Shown here in pieces: positions 1-10,305 of a stretch of DNA of 64,000 bases. Source of the stretch: an uncultured Gemmatimonadota bacterium (GTDB taxonomy: Bacteria; JAAXHH01); NCBI GenBank assembly GCA_951812955.1, contig OX638340.1:3552001-3616000 (forward strand), read 5' to 3'. The number at the start of each line of letters is the position of its first letter. The stretch's first letter is position 1. The position numbers and the translations under genes were made by a program. Under the pieces are notes generated by a model. The model was not told the origin of the DNA. It did not search any database and saw only the letters and a list, made by a program, of their open reading frames with translations.

Positions 1-901
1 GGGTATCGCCGACCTTCCCCGTGCTGCCGTACATCACCGAACCCGTGATTCCGTGCCGCATGTCGTCGGCCCCGGTGTTGAGTACGTAGTCGGCGTTCAG
101 CGCCAGCGGCCGTCCGTTCACGGTCTGGGTATACTGGCCGCTGAAGTTGATCATCCTGAATTCGGACAGGTATCCGGTGCGGTCCGCGTTGGGTCGGTTC
201 GAATTCGCCGCAACGATCAGAGCGGGAGACTTCAGGTTCTGCGCGGCATAGAGGGAATCCGCGCCCCCCACGGTATAGTAGGCGACGGCCAGCGTCTGGG
301 ACCTGCCGGGCTGGTTAAATCGGGCCATGGCCTGTCCGCCCAGGAAATAGGTACGGTCGAGGTCCTTCACCGGAGAGGCCACCTGGTTGATCATGAACTG
401 GCCGAAATTCAGGCCGAAGGTCGCGGAGCCGTCAGCGCTCTTCGTGGTGATCTGCTGGGCGAGTCCCTCCGGCGAGAGATCGCTGTCCAGGACGACCTGG
501 GTAGGCCGGAAGAAGGGCAGGGGAAACTTGCCCGCGGTCAGGGTGAGCGAGGGATTGGGCCTGATGCGCGCGTACATCCAGGAAATATAGGGGTACTCGC
601 GTTCAAACAGGTCGCCGTAACTCATCCAGTCGGCAACGGTGATCGCCTTGGGATTGCCCGTCATGACCTTGCCGGTCACGTCGATGCGGTCCGTCACGCG
701 CAGCGTAGCATTCAGGAAGGCCCCGTACATGAAGCGGTTGACCGCCCGGCTGCCGTCCTGATAGTCGCCCTGCAGCCGCGATCTGATCATCCCGTTCCAG
801 GTGAAACGGTCGTCTTCCTGGGCGGCGACGGGAGCGACGGGAACGACGTTCGTCAACGCGGTGAGAAAAAGGACGCACAACAGGAAGTATCGGATCGGCA
901 T
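1..901 (-). CDS. Partial secreted or outer-membrane protein with N-terminal signal peptide. Start ATG at 901; the gene runs off the left edge of the window.
   Basis: The reverse-complement translation from 901 reads MPIRYFLLCVLFLTALTNVVPVAPVAAQEDDRFTWNG... with no stop to position 1. Alternating hydrophobic, Gly and aromatic residues suggest a beta-barrel or porin. The track ORF 53..1030 (+) lies antisense to this gene. Confidence 0.5.
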   Translation of the reverse strand, partial: MPIRYFLLCVLFLTALTNVVPVAPVAAQEDDRFTWNGMIRSRLQGDYQDGSRAVNRFMYGAFLNATLRVTDRIDVTGKVMTGNPKAITVADWMSYGDLFEREYPYISWMYARIRPNPSLTLTAGKFPLPFFRPTQVVLDSDLSPEGLAQQITTKSADGSATFGLNFGQFMINQVASPVKDLDRTYFLGGQAMARFNQPGRSQTLAVAYYTVGGADSLYAAQNLKSPALIVAANSNRPNADRTGYLSEFRMINFSGQYTQTVNGRPLALNADYVLNTGADDMRHGITGSVMYGSTGKVGDT

Positions 902-1406
902 GGGTTCATCCCCTCCAGTGTACCCGTTCTTTTTTGCTACGTACAGTGGGCCGGAATCGCCGAAACACGCTGGAAATCGATTCATTTAACAGAGGTGAGT
1001 CTTGAACAAGGGATAGTATGGACGCGGTGATTTCGTGTCAAGAAATATCGAAAGGTCTTCTGCCCACGTCGCATGGAATTGAAAAGGCGTCATCGACCCG
1101 GTCCGGCCATCCGATGACCGGTGGGCGACAGACGGCGTCCGAGGGACGACAGGCAGCGTCCGGGGAACTGCGTCAGGTATAATGTTAGAATGAAGCAGGC
1201 GGTTCGGGTGTATCCAGATTGTATACACATATCCGGACGGCACGGCAACTCGTGTTCAGTTACTTTAGGGTTGTCAGGACACCTTCGGCCGGGTATATTC
1301 GACTTCGTTATCGAATCGGACCATCCAGGCGGAATCGGGTGGGTCGATTTCGACCGCGACCGGCGATTATGCGCGGTCGTGTCCATTCATTCCAGGGAGA
1401 ACATTC

Positions 1407-2669
1407 ATGTTGAACAGTATCATGGAGAAAGTCGACTCCGGCCTTTCCCGCCGCCGTTTTCTCACGGGCGCGCTGGCGGCCGGCGCCGCGCTCACTCTGG
1501 CCGATCGCCTTGCCCTAGCCCAGACCATGGCCTCGAGCGGCCTTACCGCCAAGGACATCCACGGGATCGGCGTCGAGCCGGGTCTCGTCCGCATGGCGCT
1601 GAACGAAAACCCGATCGGGCCGTCCCCGATGGCGCTTAAAGCCATCGCCGAGAACATGTTCAAGATCAACCGGTATTCCTTCGGCGGCGGGGACATAACT
1701 GGCGCGCTGGCCGAATTCGACGGGATCGAACTCCCGCCCCCTCGTGAATTGCCGGCCGGTATGCGTGGCATGGGCGGTGGCGGGGGATTCCGTTTCAGGC
1801 GGCAGACGCCCTTCTTCATCACGGCGGGTTCCGGCGCGCTCCTTACCCAGATTGCCCTGGCCTACCTTAGCAAGGGTGGAACCGAGGTGATCGAGGCGGA
1901 CATGGGGTATGGCGATGTGTCGGGTGAGGCCGAAGACTACCAGGAAGCGGGCATCGACGTGAACATCATCCGCGTACCCGTGAAGAACTACGAGCACGAC
2001 CTGGACGCCATGCTCGCGGCGATCACGCCGAAGACCTCCGTGGTGGTCATCACCAACCCGAACAACCCGACCGGGACGCTGCTGTCCTTCGAAGAAACCG
2101 AGAAGTTCGTGAACTCCGTGCCTGAGAACGTGCTCGTGGTCATCGACGAGGCCTACATTCACTTCGTCAAGGACCCGGCGTACCAGACCGCGGCGTCGCT
2201 TGCCACCACACACGACAACGTGATCGTCACGCGGACCTTTTCCAAGGTTTTCGGCATGCCGGGCATGCGCCTCGGGTACGGGATCTGTAGCCAGGCCATC
2301 CAGGAGAAGCTCGGGTTCTACAGCACGGGGCGCGCCAACGCCCTGGCCTACGCCGCGGGCGAGGCTTCGCTCAAGGACAGGAGCCACTACGACCGTTCCC
2401 GGGCGGTGGTCCTGCATTTCAGGGAAAGACTTGAAGAGGAGTTTACGAAGATGGGGCTGGAATTCATCCCGTCGGAAAGCAACTTCATGATGGTCAACCT
2501 GGGCAAGCCCTCCATGAATATCATGCGGGAGATGTTCCGCAAGGGCGTCATGGTGACGAACCGGCGCAGGCAGCAGATGCCCACGTGGATTCGCGTATCC
2601 TCCGGCGACGAGCGGGAAACGGAAGTCTTCCTCAACGTGCTGAAAGAAGTCCTGGGTAAAACCAGCTAG
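1407..2669 (+). CDS. Class I/II PLP aminotransferase of the HisC (histidinol-phosphate aminotransferase) family, carrying an N-terminal twin-arginine (Tat) signal peptide.
   Basis: The N-terminus SRRRFLTGALAAGAALTLA is a Tat motif. Family motifs LNENPIGPSP, NPNNPTGT, VIDEAY and TFSKVFGMPGMRLGY are present, the last with the lysine in FSK. Confidence 0.8.
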   Translation: MLNSIMEKVDSGLSRRRFLTGALAAGAALTLADRLALAQTMASSGLTAKDIHGIGVEPGLVRMALNENPIGPSPMALKAIAENMFKINRYSFGGGDITGALAEFDGIELPPPRELPAGMRGMGGGGGFRFRRQTPFFITAGSGALLTQIALAYLSKGGTEVIEADMGYGDVSGEAEDYQEAGIDVNIIRVPVKNYEHDLDAMLAAITPKTSVVVITNPNNPTGTLLSFEETEKFVNSVPENVLVVIDEAYIHFVKDPAYQTAASLATTHDNVIVTRTFSKVFGMPGMRLGYGICSQAIQEKLGFYSTGRANALAYAAGEASLKDRSHYDRSRAVVLHFRERLEEEFTKMGLEFIPSESNFMMVNLGKPSMNIMREMFRKGVMVTNRRRQQMPTWIRVSSGDERETEVFLNVLKEVLGKTS

Positions 2670-2685
2670 CAGCACGGGGCCGCCA

Positions 2686-4020
2686 ATGTCGCAAATCCGC
2701 CTGCCCCTGGTCGTTACGTGGGGCCTGGTCGTCCTGTGGTTCGTGCTGGACGTCACGGCCCTTATGGCGGGCGGCCCATTTAATGTCAACTGGACCATAC
2801 CGGTCGCCGCGGCCTGGCTCTCGGTCGTATGTCTCCGCGCGGGCAGAGGTTACGGCGGGTTCCTGTCCGCGGTTCTGCTCTATACGGCAGGCGTCCGCCT
2901 GCTGATCATACTGCTGGCGATCCTGGGCAAGACGACCGGGCTCGATGGCGCGTACTTCACCTGGGGACGCAGCGCGCTATTCGGCCTGGTCATTCCCCAT
3001 GTCGTGCTGTGGCCGGTCGTCACCTTTATCGCGGGTACGCTGATCTGGCCGGTGACGGCCCTGGTTATGCGCCGGAGACAGGTATCCTATCGAGGCGCGG
3101 CCATGGGCGTTTTGATCATCCTTCTGCTCGTCTTCATCGGCCTGCCCTACCTGATTTCGACCCTGTACACCGGCAGCGTGGGACCTCGCCGCAAGGCGCA
3201 GGACACCCCCGCGGACCACGGGATGGTCTACGAGGACGTCACGCTGACGACTTCCGACGGCCTGAACCTGGCCGCATGGTACGTCCCGAACGAGACCGGC
3301 CGCGGCACGGTCATTTACTGTCACGGCCATCTCAACCACAGGGGTCAGATGCTCGACCAGGCAGCCTTTATTCATGAAAACGGCTTCAATGGGCTCCTGT
3401 TCGATTTCCGGCGGCATGGGGACAGCGAAGGCAATCTGACGACATTCGGCTATTTCGAGTGGCGCGATGCACAGGCGGCCCTGAGATACGCGGTCGACGT
3501 GCGGGGAGAGCAAGGTCCGGTCATTTTGTGGGGTGTTTCCATGGGCGCGGCCACCGCGTTGCTCACGGCAGCTGAAGAGCCCGAGATCGACGCCGTCATC
3601 GCCGAAAGCAGTTTCTACGCGGCCTCCGAAACGCTGCGCGGCGACCTGAACCGGATGTTCGGCCTGCCCACGGTGCCCTTCGGGTTTCTGACGGGTACCA
3701 TAACGGAACTTCGGGTGGGCATCAAGCTTGATGCCCTGGACATCGGCCGCGCGGTGTCCGGCCTGAAGGAAGCTTCCGTGCTTCTGGTGGGCGGCACGGC
3801 GGATCGCCGCATGCCGGTATCGAACAACGAACGGCTATACGACCAGATACCCGGAACGCGCAAGGAGATCTACGTGGTGGAGGGCGCGACCCACGGCGAC
3901 ATTTGGGAAATGGACCGGGAAGCGTACGCGGAGACGGTCCGGCAGTTCCTGGAAAGATATGGTTTGCTCGATGGCCCTGAACCGCCGGCCGGCGAGGAAA
4001 CCGCGGAAGAAACGCTGTAG
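2686..4020 (+). CDS. Membrane-anchored alpha/beta hydrolase. About 170 aa of N-terminal transmembrane segments are followed by an esterase or peptidase-like domain.
   Basis: There are several hydrophobic helices at the N-terminus. A GxSxG nucleophile elbow is present as GVSMGAA, together with [19 protein letters not shown] and a C-terminal GATHGD (histidine of the catalytic triad). Confidence 0.75.
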   Translation: MSQIRLPLVVTWGLVVLWFVLDVTALMAGGPFNVNWTIPVAAAWLSVVCLRAGRGYGGFLSAVLLYTAGVRLLIILLAILGKTTGLDGAYFTWGRSALFGLVIPHVVLWPVVTFIAGTLIWPVTALVMRRRQVSYRGAAMGVLIILLLVFIGLPYLISTLYTGSVGPRRKAQDTPADHGMVYEDVTLTTSDGLNLAAWYVPNETGRGTVIYCHGHLNHRGQMLDQAAFIHENGFNGLLFDFRRHGDSEGNLTTFGYFEWRDAQAALRYAVDVRGEQGPVILWGVSMGAATALLTAAEEPEIDAVIAESSFYAASETLRGDLNRMFGLPTVPFGFLTGTITELRVGIKLDALDIGRAVSGLKEASVLLVGGTADRRMPVSNNERLYDQIPGTRKEIYVVEGATHGDIWEMDREAYAETVRQFLERYGLLDGPEPPAGEETAEETL

Positions 4021-4054
4021 ATTACGTTGCAGGTTGGCTGCTGATAGCGCGGAA

Positions 4055-4120
4055 GATAACGCCGCAAGTAGCGCTGCGGATAACATTGTAGATAACGCTG
4101 CAAGTAGCACTGCAGATAAC
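4055..4120. repeat. Intergenic imperfect tandem repeat, GATAAC-N18-GATAAC.
   Basis: The sequence reads gataacgccgcaagtagcgctgcg / gataacattgta / gataacgctgcaagtagcactgca / gataac. Confidence 0.7.
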
Positions 4121-4144
4121 TCAGAAGAAATAAGGGGAACAGGC

Positions 4145-4813
4145 GTGAGCGAACCCGTGTTTCAACCCCTGTCGTCCTACCAGGAATATCCACCCGACGA
4201 GATGGAGCGGCGGGCCGAAGCATTCTACCAGGCGCTTCGCCGCCGGCGCACGGTCCGTGAATTCTCCGACCGGCCCGTGCCGAAATCGATCATCGATCAC
4301 TGCATACTGGCGGCCGGCACGGCGCCCAGCGGCGCGAACATGCAGCCGTGGCATTTTGCCGCGGTGTCCGACCCTGAAATCAAGGCGACGATCCGCGTCG
4401 CCGCAGAGCGGGAGGAACAACAGTTCTACCAGGAGAAGGCGCCGCAGGAGTGGCTCGACGCACTGGCCCCACTGGGTACCGACCAAAACAAACCATTTCT
4501 GGAAACGGCGCCTTGGCTGATCGCGATCTTCGTACAGCGCCACGGCATGCTGCCCGACGGGCGGAGCGTAAAGCACTATTACGCCCTGGAATCGGTGGGC
4601 ATCGCCACGGGGATGCTGATCGCGGCGGTGCACCACGCCGGCCTGGCGTCGCTCACCCACACCCCGAGTCCCATGAACTTCCTGAACCGGCTGCTGGGCA
4701 GGCCGGCCAACGAGCGGCCCTTCCTGCTCCTGGTCGTCGGCTACCCGGCGGAAGGCGCGGAAGTGCCGGTAATCACGAAAAAGCCCCTTGACGACATTGC
4801 CACGTTCGCTTGA
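4145..4813 (+). CDS. Nitroreductase-family flavoprotein. The likely start is GTG at 4145; the track ORF instead starts at ATG 3959, inside the upstream gene.
   Basis: Motifs [21 protein letters not shown] and [14 protein letters not shown] are present. The sequence AAGGGGA lies 6 nt upstream of the GTG. The 3959-4144 stretch overlaps the hydrolase C-terminus and an intergenic repeat. Confidence 0.65.
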   Translation: MSEPVFQPLSSYQEYPPDEMERRAEAFYQALRRRRTVREFSDRPVPKSIIDHCILAAGTAPSGANMQPWHFAAVSDPEIKATIRVAAEREEQQFYQEKAPQEWLDALAPLGTDQNKPFLETAPWLIAIFVQRHGMLPDGRSVKHYYALESVGIATGMLIAAVHHAGLASLTHTPSPMNFLNRLLGRPANERPFLLLVVGYPAEGAEVPVITKKPLDDIATFA

Positions 4814-4886
4814 AGCACGGTGCAGGTGCCTGAAGCGCGGCGCGGCGGCCTGAAGTGCGGCGAAGCAAGGGAAATAAGGAGGTATC

Positions 4887-5762
4887 ATGCGCGGGTCGAT
4901 CGTACCGGTGGTTACACCCTTCAGGAACGGGTCGCTGGACCTGGACGGACTGGCCGGACTGGTCGATTGGCAGATCCGGAGCGGTTCCCACGGCGTTTCG
5001 GTTCAGGGGACGACGGGCGAGCCGGGTTCGCTATCCCTCGAAGAGCGCAAGGAGGTGATCCGCGCCGCGTCCGCGGCGGTGGACGGCAGGGTGCCCTTCG
5101 TTCCGGGCAGCGCATCCGCCAACCACGAGGAGTCCATCGAACTCTCTCGCTTCGCGCAGGCCCATGGCGCCGACGCGCTGCTGTTCATCGCGCCGTACTA
5201 CAGCCGGCCCGGCCAGGAAGGGATATATCGTCATTTCGACGCGTTGGCCAAATGCGTGGACCTTCCCGTAATCCTGTACAATATCCCGGGCCGCACGGCC
5301 GTCAACATCGAGATCGATACCGTGGCGCGGCTGAAGGAGGCCAACGACAATCTCATCGGCGTCAAGGAGTCGAACAAGGATTTCGAGCACATCAACCGCC
5401 TGCTGCACCGCATGGGCAGGGACTTCCTGGTGTACTCGGGGATCGAACTGCTTTGCTATCCCATTCTCGCAATCGGCGGGGCGGGATTCGTGAGCGCAAC
5501 GGGCAATCTGATGCCAGTGGAAGTCGCGCGACTGTACGACCTGGTCCAGGAAGGGAAATGGCTGGAGGCGCGCGAACTCCACTACCACATGATGACGCTC
5601 AACGACGCCGTGTTCATGGAGATCAACCCGGTTCCTGTCAAGACGGCCCTGGGCATGATGGGCAAGATCAGCCCGGAGGTCAGGCTGCCCCTTGCGCCGT
5701 TGTCGGACCGCAACCGCGAAAAACTGCGCGGGATCCTGGCGGACTACGGACTGATCCGGTAA
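4887..5762 (+). CDS. DapA-family (dihydrodipicolinate synthase / N-acetylneuraminate lyase superfamily) class I aldolase or lyase.
   Basis: Motifs VVTPF, GTTGE, the Schiff-base lysine in LIGVKESN, and YNIPGRT are present. A strong RBS, GGAGGT, precedes the ATG. Confidence 0.85.
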   Translation: MRGSIVPVVTPFRNGSLDLDGLAGLVDWQIRSGSHGVSVQGTTGEPGSLSLEERKEVIRAASAAVDGRVPFVPGSASANHEESIELSRFAQAHGADALLFIAPYYSRPGQEGIYRHFDALAKCVDLPVILYNIPGRTAVNIEIDTVARLKEANDNLIGVKESNKDFEHINRLLHRMGRDFLVYSGIELLCYPILAIGGAGFVSATGNLMPVEVARLYDLVQEGKWLEARELHYHMMTLNDAVFMEINPVPVKTALGMMGKISPEVRLPLAPLSDRNREKLRGILADYGLIR

Positions 5763-5812
5763 CCGGCCGCGGCGCGGAGCCATTGGCTGTCGGCCCGTTT
5801 TCCGGTACGCAC

Positions 5813-6838
5813 ATGTCGAAAACAACCTACCGTCTGCATTACAACGAGAACCCCCTCGGTCCCTCTCCGGTGGTGATGGACCGGATCCGGGATCACCTGG
5901 CGGGACTCAGCCTCTACCCGCACCGGGACGACGAAGCGTTGCGAGACTGCCTGGCGGCGTTCTATGGCAGGGGAGTGACGCCTGCGCACCTGTTCTCGAC
6001 ATATAGCGGCTCCGAAGCCCTGGATCTCATCGCGCGGGTTTACCTGGAACCGGGCGACGAGGTCATCGTCTGCGGACCGACCTTCCACGTTTACGCACGG
6101 ACGGCCGAGTGGCAGGGCGCGAAGATCGTCGACGTACCGCTGGACAACCAGGATTTCAGCGTCCGGGTCGACGCGGTCATGCGGGCGGTTACGCCCCGGA
6201 CGCGCCTGGTCTACGTGGGCAATCCTAACAATCCGACGGGGTCGATCGTCACCCGGGACGACATGGACCTGCTCCATATGGGGCTGCCCGACCAGGTGAC
6301 CCTGATATCCGACGAAGTATACCACCACTTCGTGACGCGTCCGGACTACCCGGATTCGCTGGCAAGTGTCGCGGCGGGACGGAACTTGATCGTCCTCCAT
6401 TCTTTCTCGAAGGTCTACGGTTTGGCCGGTCTTCGCGTGGGCGTGGCGATCTCCCGTCCCGACATCATCGACCGGCTGGCGAGATACCGCAGGACCTTCC
6501 ACCTGGGTACGCTGGAGATGGAGGCGGCCATCGCGGCCGTTGGCGACCCGGACCACGTGGCGCGATCCGTGGCGATGGCGGAGCGGGGCAAGAAAAGATG
6601 CTATGCCGCCTTCGATCGTTTGAGGATTACATACTGGCCCAGTGAAGGCAACTTTATCCTGTTCCGAACGCCCATGTTCGCGGACGATCTCGCCGCGCGC
6701 ATGGCCGACCGGGGCATTCTCGTGGGTTCGGGCAGCCGTTTCGGCCTGACGCATGCCATCCGGGTCAGCATCGGGCTCCCGGAAGCCAACCAGGCTTTCA
6801 TTTCGGCCCTTGAGCATATTCTGGCCGACGAAAGTTAG
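5813..6838 (+). CDS. HisC-like class I/II aminotransferase. It is cytoplasmic, with no signal peptide.
   Basis: MSKTTYRLHYNENPLGPSP, GNPNNPTG, DEVY and SFSKVYGLAGLRVG are present. The long track ORF 4820..6838 is an upstream extension of this gene in the same frame. Confidence 0.85.
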   Translation: MSKTTYRLHYNENPLGPSPVVMDRIRDHLAGLSLYPHRDDEALRDCLAAFYGRGVTPAHLFSTYSGSEALDLIARVYLEPGDEVIVCGPTFHVYARTAEWQGAKIVDVPLDNQDFSVRVDAVMRAVTPRTRLVYVGNPNNPTGSIVTRDDMDLLHMGLPDQVTLISDEVYHHFVTRPDYPDSLASVAAGRNLIVLHSFSKVYGLAGLRVGVAISRPDIIDRLARYRRTFHLGTLEMEAAIAAVGDPDHVARSVAMAERGKKRCYAAFDRLRITYWPSEGNFILFRTPMFADDLAARMADRGILVGSGSRFGLTHAIRVSIGLPEANQAFISALEHILADES

Positions 6839-6860
6839 CATGCGCGTACCGTCGGGCGAC

Positions 6861-7003
6861 GCCATTCGGTCGCCCTTGCGCCGCCGGTCACCCAGGCGCC
6901 GCCTTTCGGTCGATCTGGCACCGCGTTCTGGTCGATCTGGCGCCGCGTTCCGGTCGTCCTTGCGCTGCCTTTCGGTCGATCTGGCGCCGCGTTCCGGTCG
7001 TCG
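6861..7003. repeat. Intergenic direct-repeat array with an approximately 32-bp unit (cctttcggtcgatctggcRccgcgttcYggtcg).
   Basis: Two full units lie at 6903-6934 and 6968-6999, with partial copies (gccattcggtcgcccttgcgccgcc and gcgttccggtcgtccttgcgctgcc). Confidence 0.7.
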
Positions 7004-7077
7004 ACAATCAGCGGTATGCCTGCCGCCGACGTCAGGTATATCCGAGCGAAAACTGACAATAGCACGAAGGGAAACGC

Positions 7078-8373
7078 ATGTCACAGACCGCATTGATCGA
7101 ACGGGCGGAAAAAGTCTTCGTCGGCGGGTCGAACGGGGAATTCCGTCTCCCGCCGGAAGCCAACCTTGTGGTGACCCACGGCGATGGCGCGATGATCTAT
7201 GACGCCTCCGGGCGTGAATACGTCGACTTCCTCCTGGGTTCCGGCCCCATGATCCTCGGTCACGGCCATCCGGAAGTCGTGACGGCGGTGACGCGCCAGG
7301 TAGCCCGGGGCACCACCTTCATGGCCCTCAACGAGCCGGCCATCCGGCTGGCCGAACGGGTGGTGGACGCCTCGCCATGTGGGGAGAAGGTACGCCTGGT
7401 AATCACCGGATCCGAATCGATTCAGTTCGCCCTGCGGGCCGCCCGGGCCTTCACGGGCCGCGACCGCTGCCTGCGTTTCGAAGGGGGTTGGCACGGCGTG
7501 AGCGATTCGGCACTGCACGGGGCGAGGACGCTGGATCCCGGCGACTATCCTGACACCCTGCCGGACGGCGGCGGCATTCCGCGGAACTGGTCGGCGGACA
7601 TGCTCGCCGCGCCCTTCAACGACGTGGGCCGGGCCACCGAAATCGTGGAACGCCACCACGGCGAACTCGCCGCAATCGTCATCGAGCCCCTCCAGCGATG
7701 TATCCTGCCCCGTCCGGGTTTCTTCGAGGCCATGCGGGCATTGTGCGACCGGCACGGCATCGTCCTCATCTTCGACGAGATTGTCACGGGTTTCCGCATG
7801 GCCTGGGGCGGGGCCCAGGAACGTTACGGCGTGACCGCGGACCTGGCGGCATACGGCAAGACGATCAGCGGCGGATATCCCCTGGCCGCCATGTGCGGCC
7901 GGTCGGACGTGATGGACGTCATGAACGGCTGGCGTCCGGCCGACGATCCGAAACGGGTCATCGCATCGGGCACTTTCAACGGCTATCCCGTGGGCGCCGT
8001 CGCCGGACTGGCCACCCTCGACGTGTTGGAACGGCCCGGGACCTACAAGCGGCTTTTCGCCATGGGCGACCGCGTTACCCGGGAGATCACGGCCATGGGC
8101 GAGCGGCTTTCGGTCCCCCTCCTCGTCGGCGGCGAAGGGCCCGTGCTCCAGGTATTGTTCACCAGCGAAAAGGAAATCGTCGACTACGGATCCATGTTTC
8201 GCGCCGACAAGCAGAAGGCCTATGTCTTCGGCGTCGAGATGATCAAGCGTGGGCTCTTCGTCAGTCCCTACGAGAAGATCTATCTGTCCCTGGTCCATAC
8301 GGACGGTCACGTCGACCGTCTCCTGGAGACGGCGGAGGAAGTGTTGCGGGACGTGATCGCGAAAATGGATTGA
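7078..8373 (+). CDS. Class III PLP aminotransferase, similar to glutamate-1-semialdehyde 2,1-aminomutase.
   Basis: GSGPMILGHGHPEV, FDEIVTGFR and the lysine in AAYGKTISGGYP are typical of the HemL, GabT or ArgD fold. Confidence 0.85.
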   Translation: MSQTALIERAEKVFVGGSNGEFRLPPEANLVVTHGDGAMIYDASGREYVDFLLGSGPMILGHGHPEVVTAVTRQVARGTTFMALNEPAIRLAERVVDASPCGEKVRLVITGSESIQFALRAARAFTGRDRCLRFEGGWHGVSDSALHGARTLDPGDYPDTLPDGGGIPRNWSADMLAAPFNDVGRATEIVERHHGELAAIVIEPLQRCILPRPGFFEAMRALCDRHGIVLIFDEIVTGFRMAWGGAQERYGVTADLAAYGKTISGGYPLAAMCGRSDVMDVMNGWRPADDPKRVIASGTFNGYPVGAVAGLATLDVLERPGTYKRLFAMGDRVTREITAMGERLSVPLLVGGEGPVLQVLFTSEKEIVDYGSMFRADKQKAYVFGVEMIKRGLFVSPYEKIYLSLVHTDGHVDRLLETAEEVLRDVIAKMD

Positions 8374-8444
8374 ACGGGTGCGGAGACGGCCGCCCGATAC
8401 CTGGTATGGCGGCCCGAACAAACGATTAGAGAGGGAGCAAACCC

Positions 8445-9167
8445 ATGAAAAACGTCCTCCTCCTGGGCGCCTCGGGCAACATCGCGCCGTACATCATCCC
8501 AGGCCTGGAGCAACACTACAATCTGCGCCTGGCCGATATCCGTCCCCATCCGGGCGGCAAGCCCACGAAGCAGGTAGACATGGGCGACTACGGGCAGGTG
8601 CTGGAAGCCGCCCGCGACATGGACGCCATCATGAACTGGACCGTGGTCCGGCAGGATCCTGTGGCCAGTTTCGCCGTGTCCGTCCGGGGCGCATGGCACG
8701 TGATGAAGGCGGCGGCCGAACTCGGTATTACGAAGATCCTGCACACGGGCCCTGAGATCATCATTCCCGGCTATCTCCACGACCACGACATCGGCGACGT
8801 GCCCCAGGCGCCGGGCACGGGCTACTATATGCTGACCAAGCACCTGGCCATGGAGATTTGCAGAATCTACGCCCGCCAGTACAGGATACACACCGTGTGC
8901 TACCAGTTCAACGGACTGGGACCCATGCCCGAAGAGCCGGTAAAGAACGCCGACCACCCGCCCTTCACCATCGTCTACGACGACCTGGTGGAGGCCTGCC
9001 GGCTGGCCCTGGAAATCGATGAAGTGCCGGACTATTTCCAGGCTTTCAACATGGGCAGCTATTTGCAGCAGGGCAAATACACCATCGACAAGGCCCGGCG
9101 CATCCTCGGCTACGAGCCACGGACCAACCCCCAGCGATTCTACAGGCGGCCGGTGGCGGACGCATGA
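8445..9167 (+). CDS. Short NAD(P)-binding Rossmann protein of the epimerase/dehydratase or atypical SDR type.
   Basis: An N-terminal LLLGASGNIA glycine motif and a YxxxK motif (YMLTKHL) are present. The stop overlaps the next start as ATGA at 9164. Confidence 0.6.
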   Translation: MKNVLLLGASGNIAPYIIPGLEQHYNLRLADIRPHPGGKPTKQVDMGDYGQVLEAARDMDAIMNWTVVRQDPVASFAVSVRGAWHVMKAAAELGITKILHTGPEIIIPGYLHDHDIGDVPQAPGTGYYMLTKHLAMEICRIYARQYRIHTVCYQFNGLGPMPEEPVKNADHPPFTIVYDDLVEACRLALEIDEVPDYFQAFNMGSYLQQGKYTIDKARRILGYEPRTNPQRFYRRPVADA

Positions 9168-10288
9168 AGATCACGCGGTTCGAGGTCATTCCCCTGAAGC
9201 AGCGCGGCCTGCTGCTCAAGGTGCATACCGATTCGGAACTCGTGGGTTACGGATCGCCCATGAATTACGAACACGGCCGCACGGTCGCCCGGGCCATCCA
9301 TGACATGGAAGACTACCTCGTGGGCCGTGATCCCCGGCAGATCGAGGATCACTGGCAGACGCTGTTCCGGTCGAGCTACAGCCGCCAGATGCCCATCATG
9401 CTGTCCGCGCTGAGCGGAATTGAACACGCATGTCTCGATATTCTTGGAAAATCGCTGGACGAGCCGGTGTGGCGCCTGCTGGGCGGCTCATGCCGGGAAC
9501 GCGTTCGGGTATACGCGTCCGTCGGCGGTCCGTCGCCGGAAGCATACGCGAAGCACGCCAGGGAACGGGTGGCGGAAGGGTATACCGCACTGAAGTGCAC
9601 GCCCTTTCCCGACCCAGTCCGATACGTGGATACCCCTGCGGCCATGGAGCGGATCGTCGCCCGCGTCGCCGCGATCCGCGAAGCCGTGGGACCGGAGATC
9701 GACGTCGCCGTGGACTTCCACCGGGCCGTCAGTCCGGCCATGGCGAAACGCCTCCTGAGGGAACTGGAACCCCTGAAACCTTTTTTCGTCGAGGAACCCG
9801 CCCACCCGGAAAACGTCGACGCCCTGCTCGAGATCACCCGGTCCACCACCATCCCCATCGCCACCGGCGAGCGGAACACGACCCGATGGGGCTTCCGGGA
9901 ACTGGTGGAGAAGAAGGCCGCGGCGATCCTGCAGCCGGACGTGCGCCACTGCGGGGGGATCCTGGAGATGAAGAAGATCGCGTCCCTTGCCGAGGTCCAT
10001 TACGCGGCCTTGGCACCCCACTCCGCGGCCGATCCGGTCGGCGTGGCCGCGTCCCTGCAGGCCGTGGCCGGTACGCCAAATTTCCTTATCCAGGAGTATG
10101 GCGGCGGCGCGGGAGAAACGCTGTTTACCAAACCCCTGGTCTTCAAGGATGGTTACGTGGAATTGCCGACCGGCCCCGGCCTCGGCATCGAGATATCTGA
10201 AACGGGCCTCGCGGCCAACACGGCAACCGAATGGCGCCTGCGAAACATGCGCCGCGACCCGGACGACCATTCCTATTCCGATATCTGA
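9164..10288 (+). CDS. Enolase-superfamily (mandelate racemase / muconate-lactonizing enzyme) dehydratase, similar to D-galactonate dehydratase.
   Basis: The N-terminus MKITRFEVIPLKQRGLLLKVHTDSELVGYGSP resembles the DgoD start. The rest is consistent with the metal-binding acidic residues of a TIM-barrel MR/MLE C-terminal domain. Confidence 0.8.
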   Translation: MKITRFEVIPLKQRGLLLKVHTDSELVGYGSPMNYEHGRTVARAIHDMEDYLVGRDPRQIEDHWQTLFRSSYSRQMPIMLSALSGIEHACLDILGKSLDEPVWRLLGGSCRERVRVYASVGGPSPEAYAKHARERVAEGYTALKCTPFPDPVRYVDTPAAMERIVARVAAIREAVGPEIDVAVDFHRAVSPAMAKRLLRELEPLKPFFVEEPAHPENVDALLEITRSTTIPIATGERNTTRWGFRELVEKKAAAILQPDVRHCGGILEMKKIASLAEVHYAALAPHSAADPVGVAASLQAVAGTPNFLIQEYGGGAGETLFTKPLVFKDGYVELPTGPGLGIEISETGLAANTATEWRLRNMRRDPDDHSYSDI

Positions 10289-10305
10289 AAAGGGAAGGGC
10301 GCATC

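Noticed and set aside
53-1030. A 325-aa plus-strand ORF at the left edge.
   Set aside because: It lies antisense to a minus-strand gene that shows a clear signal peptide and protein-like composition. The plus frame is Gly/Arg/Val-rich GC-frame noise.
3959-4144. ATG 3959 as the start of the nitroreductase.
   Set aside because: It would overlap the hydrolase C-terminus by 62 nt and translate the GATAAC repeat array. GTG 4145 with an AAGGGGA RBS gives a standard-length nitroreductase.
4820-5812. A 331-codon upstream extension of the HisC-like gene (track ORF 4820..6838).
   Set aside because: This region is occupied by the DapA-family gene (4887-5762) in another frame, which has strong motifs and a strong RBS. 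The aminotransferase homology begins only at Met 5813.
7081-8421. A 446-aa minus-strand ORF.
   Set aside because: It lies antisense to the class-III aminotransferase, whose PLP-lysine motif is on the plus strand.
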